A stretch of 63,999 nt of DNA, the filler included, from Basidiobolus ranarum (Eukaryota), in assembly GCA_040143965.1 (NCBI GenBank). It is 20 parts of 20 records of this genome, joined end to end, with 100 filler letters (N's around TTAATTAATTAA, not from the genome) between each part and the next. Parts side by side here need not be neighbours in the genome. Positions count along the whole stretch, not along the records: positions 60,988 to 63,999 come from JASJQH010002793.1; 19 more parts are not named here. One strand, given 5' to 3'. Under the pieces are notes generated by a model, which ran no database searches, had not been told where the DNA came from, and saw only the letters and a list, made by a program, of their open reading frames with translations. Positions within the stretch are counted from its first letter, which is position 1; each line of letters opens with the position of its first letter. This document shows, piece after piece, positions 61,767 to 63,999 of this stretch. The position numbers were made by a program, and so were the translations under genes.

Positions 61767-63999
61767 CAGCGGTATATAGAGGAAATTAAAGATGAATAAG
61801 TGTTATGAAATTACACGGTGAATGGAGAAGAGATGTATATTAAATATAGTTTGTAGAGTTGGTCAGGGATACATTGGGTTTTTTATACTCCTCAACATCC
61901 CCTCTTTAGTGATCCGTTTCATATGAATCAACTATGGTCGCACATGCTATGAATCCGTTTCTTTCTCTTTTCTCGATATAGACAAGTCCATCGTCAAATA
62001 TGTGTGAATATATACCTACTGTATTATAGCGCCTAAACTTACAGCCATAAAAGCATATCGTTACACCTATCATAACTCATCTATACAAGTACTCAATCTA
62101 TCAGTCATTAGTTAGCAAGTTGATATGGATTGGCATTCAATACATGTGTAGTATAATTGATTCAAACCTTTCAATTCTATATTATGAAATCCACTTTGAA
62201 CTGGTTTGAAGCGAAATACATATAACCGAAATGTATATTCACTGCTGATGTATATGTATTGCCAAGTGTGGATCGGAACTGAAATTGCTTGTTTTACCAG
62301 TCGTGCCACTGAGCGGAGCCAACATAAGAGGTCTCCTTCGCTTATCTAAGAATTGATCATCTTAACAGACTTCCATGTTGCACTGTACTAGTAACGTGAA
62401 CTAGTATTGAGATAGCGACTATCAGCAGGTTATGACATCAGCCCCAAGGATACGTGAAATACAGGAAATAAGCCATTGTGATTGAGTAATTGTTGATACT
62501 ATGGTTTGCTTGATTGTGCTACTACAATAGATGGTAATTTGGGCTGTTGATCTTGGCAAATCCTTATTTGGAACCATCATGCTAACAGAGGCTGTTGGGA
62601 AATCAAATATGTCCATCATCTTCATGTATTCATCCCTTGGTAGCATCGGTTACTGGAACTTATTGCAGCTATGTGTGGGTAACTAATGGTGCACCTAATA
62701 TTTGCTGCCATACCCATTATTGTTAATTTGATACTACGTAATGCCTTAATTCATCCGTAGCTACGTCGGTAACTACGCAAGAATACTTTTATATCCAGAG
62801 ACCTGCTGGTTTATATTGCCATCGAAAATCGAGTTAGCATATATATCCTGTGCGATATCTCCTTACTACATTGCGGCAACTAAGGATCAGTTATATTACA
62901 ATCACATTCACATTCATTTCTTTGGATACAGTCATAGTAATTATGTTGATGATACTAGTAGCATGTATATCCCTGGAGTTGTCAGATGTTGTATGCGTTG
63001 TGAGCATTCTCAGGAATATCACTTCTCAGTGCTACTTGCTAATATTTTACTGCGTTAACTCAGATAAGTTGATGACCTCGACGAGCTTGGGGTATTCAAA
63101 TCCCTTGGCTCTTGTTTGAATGCAGTTACTGACCTGGGGTTTGAATGCTCAATGATTATCTAGTGAAATAAAAGTATTGGAAAAGTCTTGGCTCTGAAAC
63201 TCCTGTGAAGTGCACCGTCTTTGCCTAACTCATGTTCTATATACTGAGTACCACCCGAATTTAGAGGTAACTGCAATTACGATATCTAAATGGTACAAGT
63301 TTGATGATCGCGGCTCAAGAGGGGTTTTTCTTGGTTAGCGAGTAGAAGAGGTGCATACTGGTAATATACCTCTACCTAAACCTAAATCTATAAATGCAAC
63401 TTGAGTGTGTTTACTCTGATAGAAGCAGTATTTATCCTATCGATAAGCTAAGCACTGGAGATGAACGATTTTTCTCGGAGAATTCTAAAGAGGTTTCAAT
63501 TAAAATAAATAGGTGTCAACTCTAGTTCCAAATATATTCTTAGATGCACCTAAAGTAATCTTAGCAGAATTCAATTGAGTATAAATCATTCTAGAACAAA
63601 CTGAGAGGGGATATATACTGGTTGATAGATTCATGGCCAGTAATCCCAGTTTTCAGATTATTATTTGAATTGACCCACAGACTGATATTTAAATTGTAAC
63701 CCGATTGATTGTATGAATCATCTAGCAAATCTAAGCAAAATAGGCCAATTTAGTCGCCTGTCTGGTTTGATTTGTTCTCAATGTTAGACAGCCATTATAT
63801 TTGATTTCTCTTACGTGGAGAAGCTCTATGATTTAATGTTACGATTCTATTGGCAAATCATCACGTGCTTTAGCATCATATTATATAGATGGATGTCTTG
63901 TTTTGTCCATTCCATAACCCTAGCCCTAGTGTTCGATATCATTACCCCTCACTTTTAAAATTCAAAGAGTTCCTTCGTCACACGCTTTTGTTTTGGTGT

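Noticed and set aside
62112-63119. Several 65-89 aa ORFs upstream of the methyltransferase
   Set aside because: No motifs, overlapping frames and mostly non-ATG starts. Consistent with chance ORFs in AT-rich DNA.

Overview
This is not one contiguous locus. It is 20 short unplaced contigs (about 3.1 kb each, sorted by decreasing length) joined by 19 identical artificial 100-nt spacers (N44-TTAATTAATTAA-N44), so adjacency across spacers means nothing. The DNA is AT-rich and eukaryotic, and fungal judging by CHS7, ARG1, ATX1, a Pxa2-like ABCD transporter and 54-80 nt GT-AG introns; an early-diverging lineage is a guess only. About two thirds is decayed, nested, CpG-depleted transposon sequence: several Ty1/Copia families with four LTR types and a half-tRNAiMet PBS, a CMC/EnSpm DNA transposon with CCCTAAC ends, a DDE_Tnp_4 (IS5/ISL2/Harbinger-like) element with 15-bp TIRs, and a Ty3/Gypsy gag. 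The most notable structure is a miniature LTR retroelement (TRIM) at 6444-6789, minus strand. Its 282-bp LTR carries a 73-nt tRNA-like cloverleaf, followed by a 51-bp internal domain (PBS, hairpin, PPT) and the start of a second LTR. Two more LTR copies occur at 35372 and 44989. Other highlights are CpG-specific hypermutation of repeats, an LTR rich in heat-shock elements, a (GKD)n collagen-like protein, a myristoylated polybasic microprotein and an intronless ToxA-like methyltransferase.
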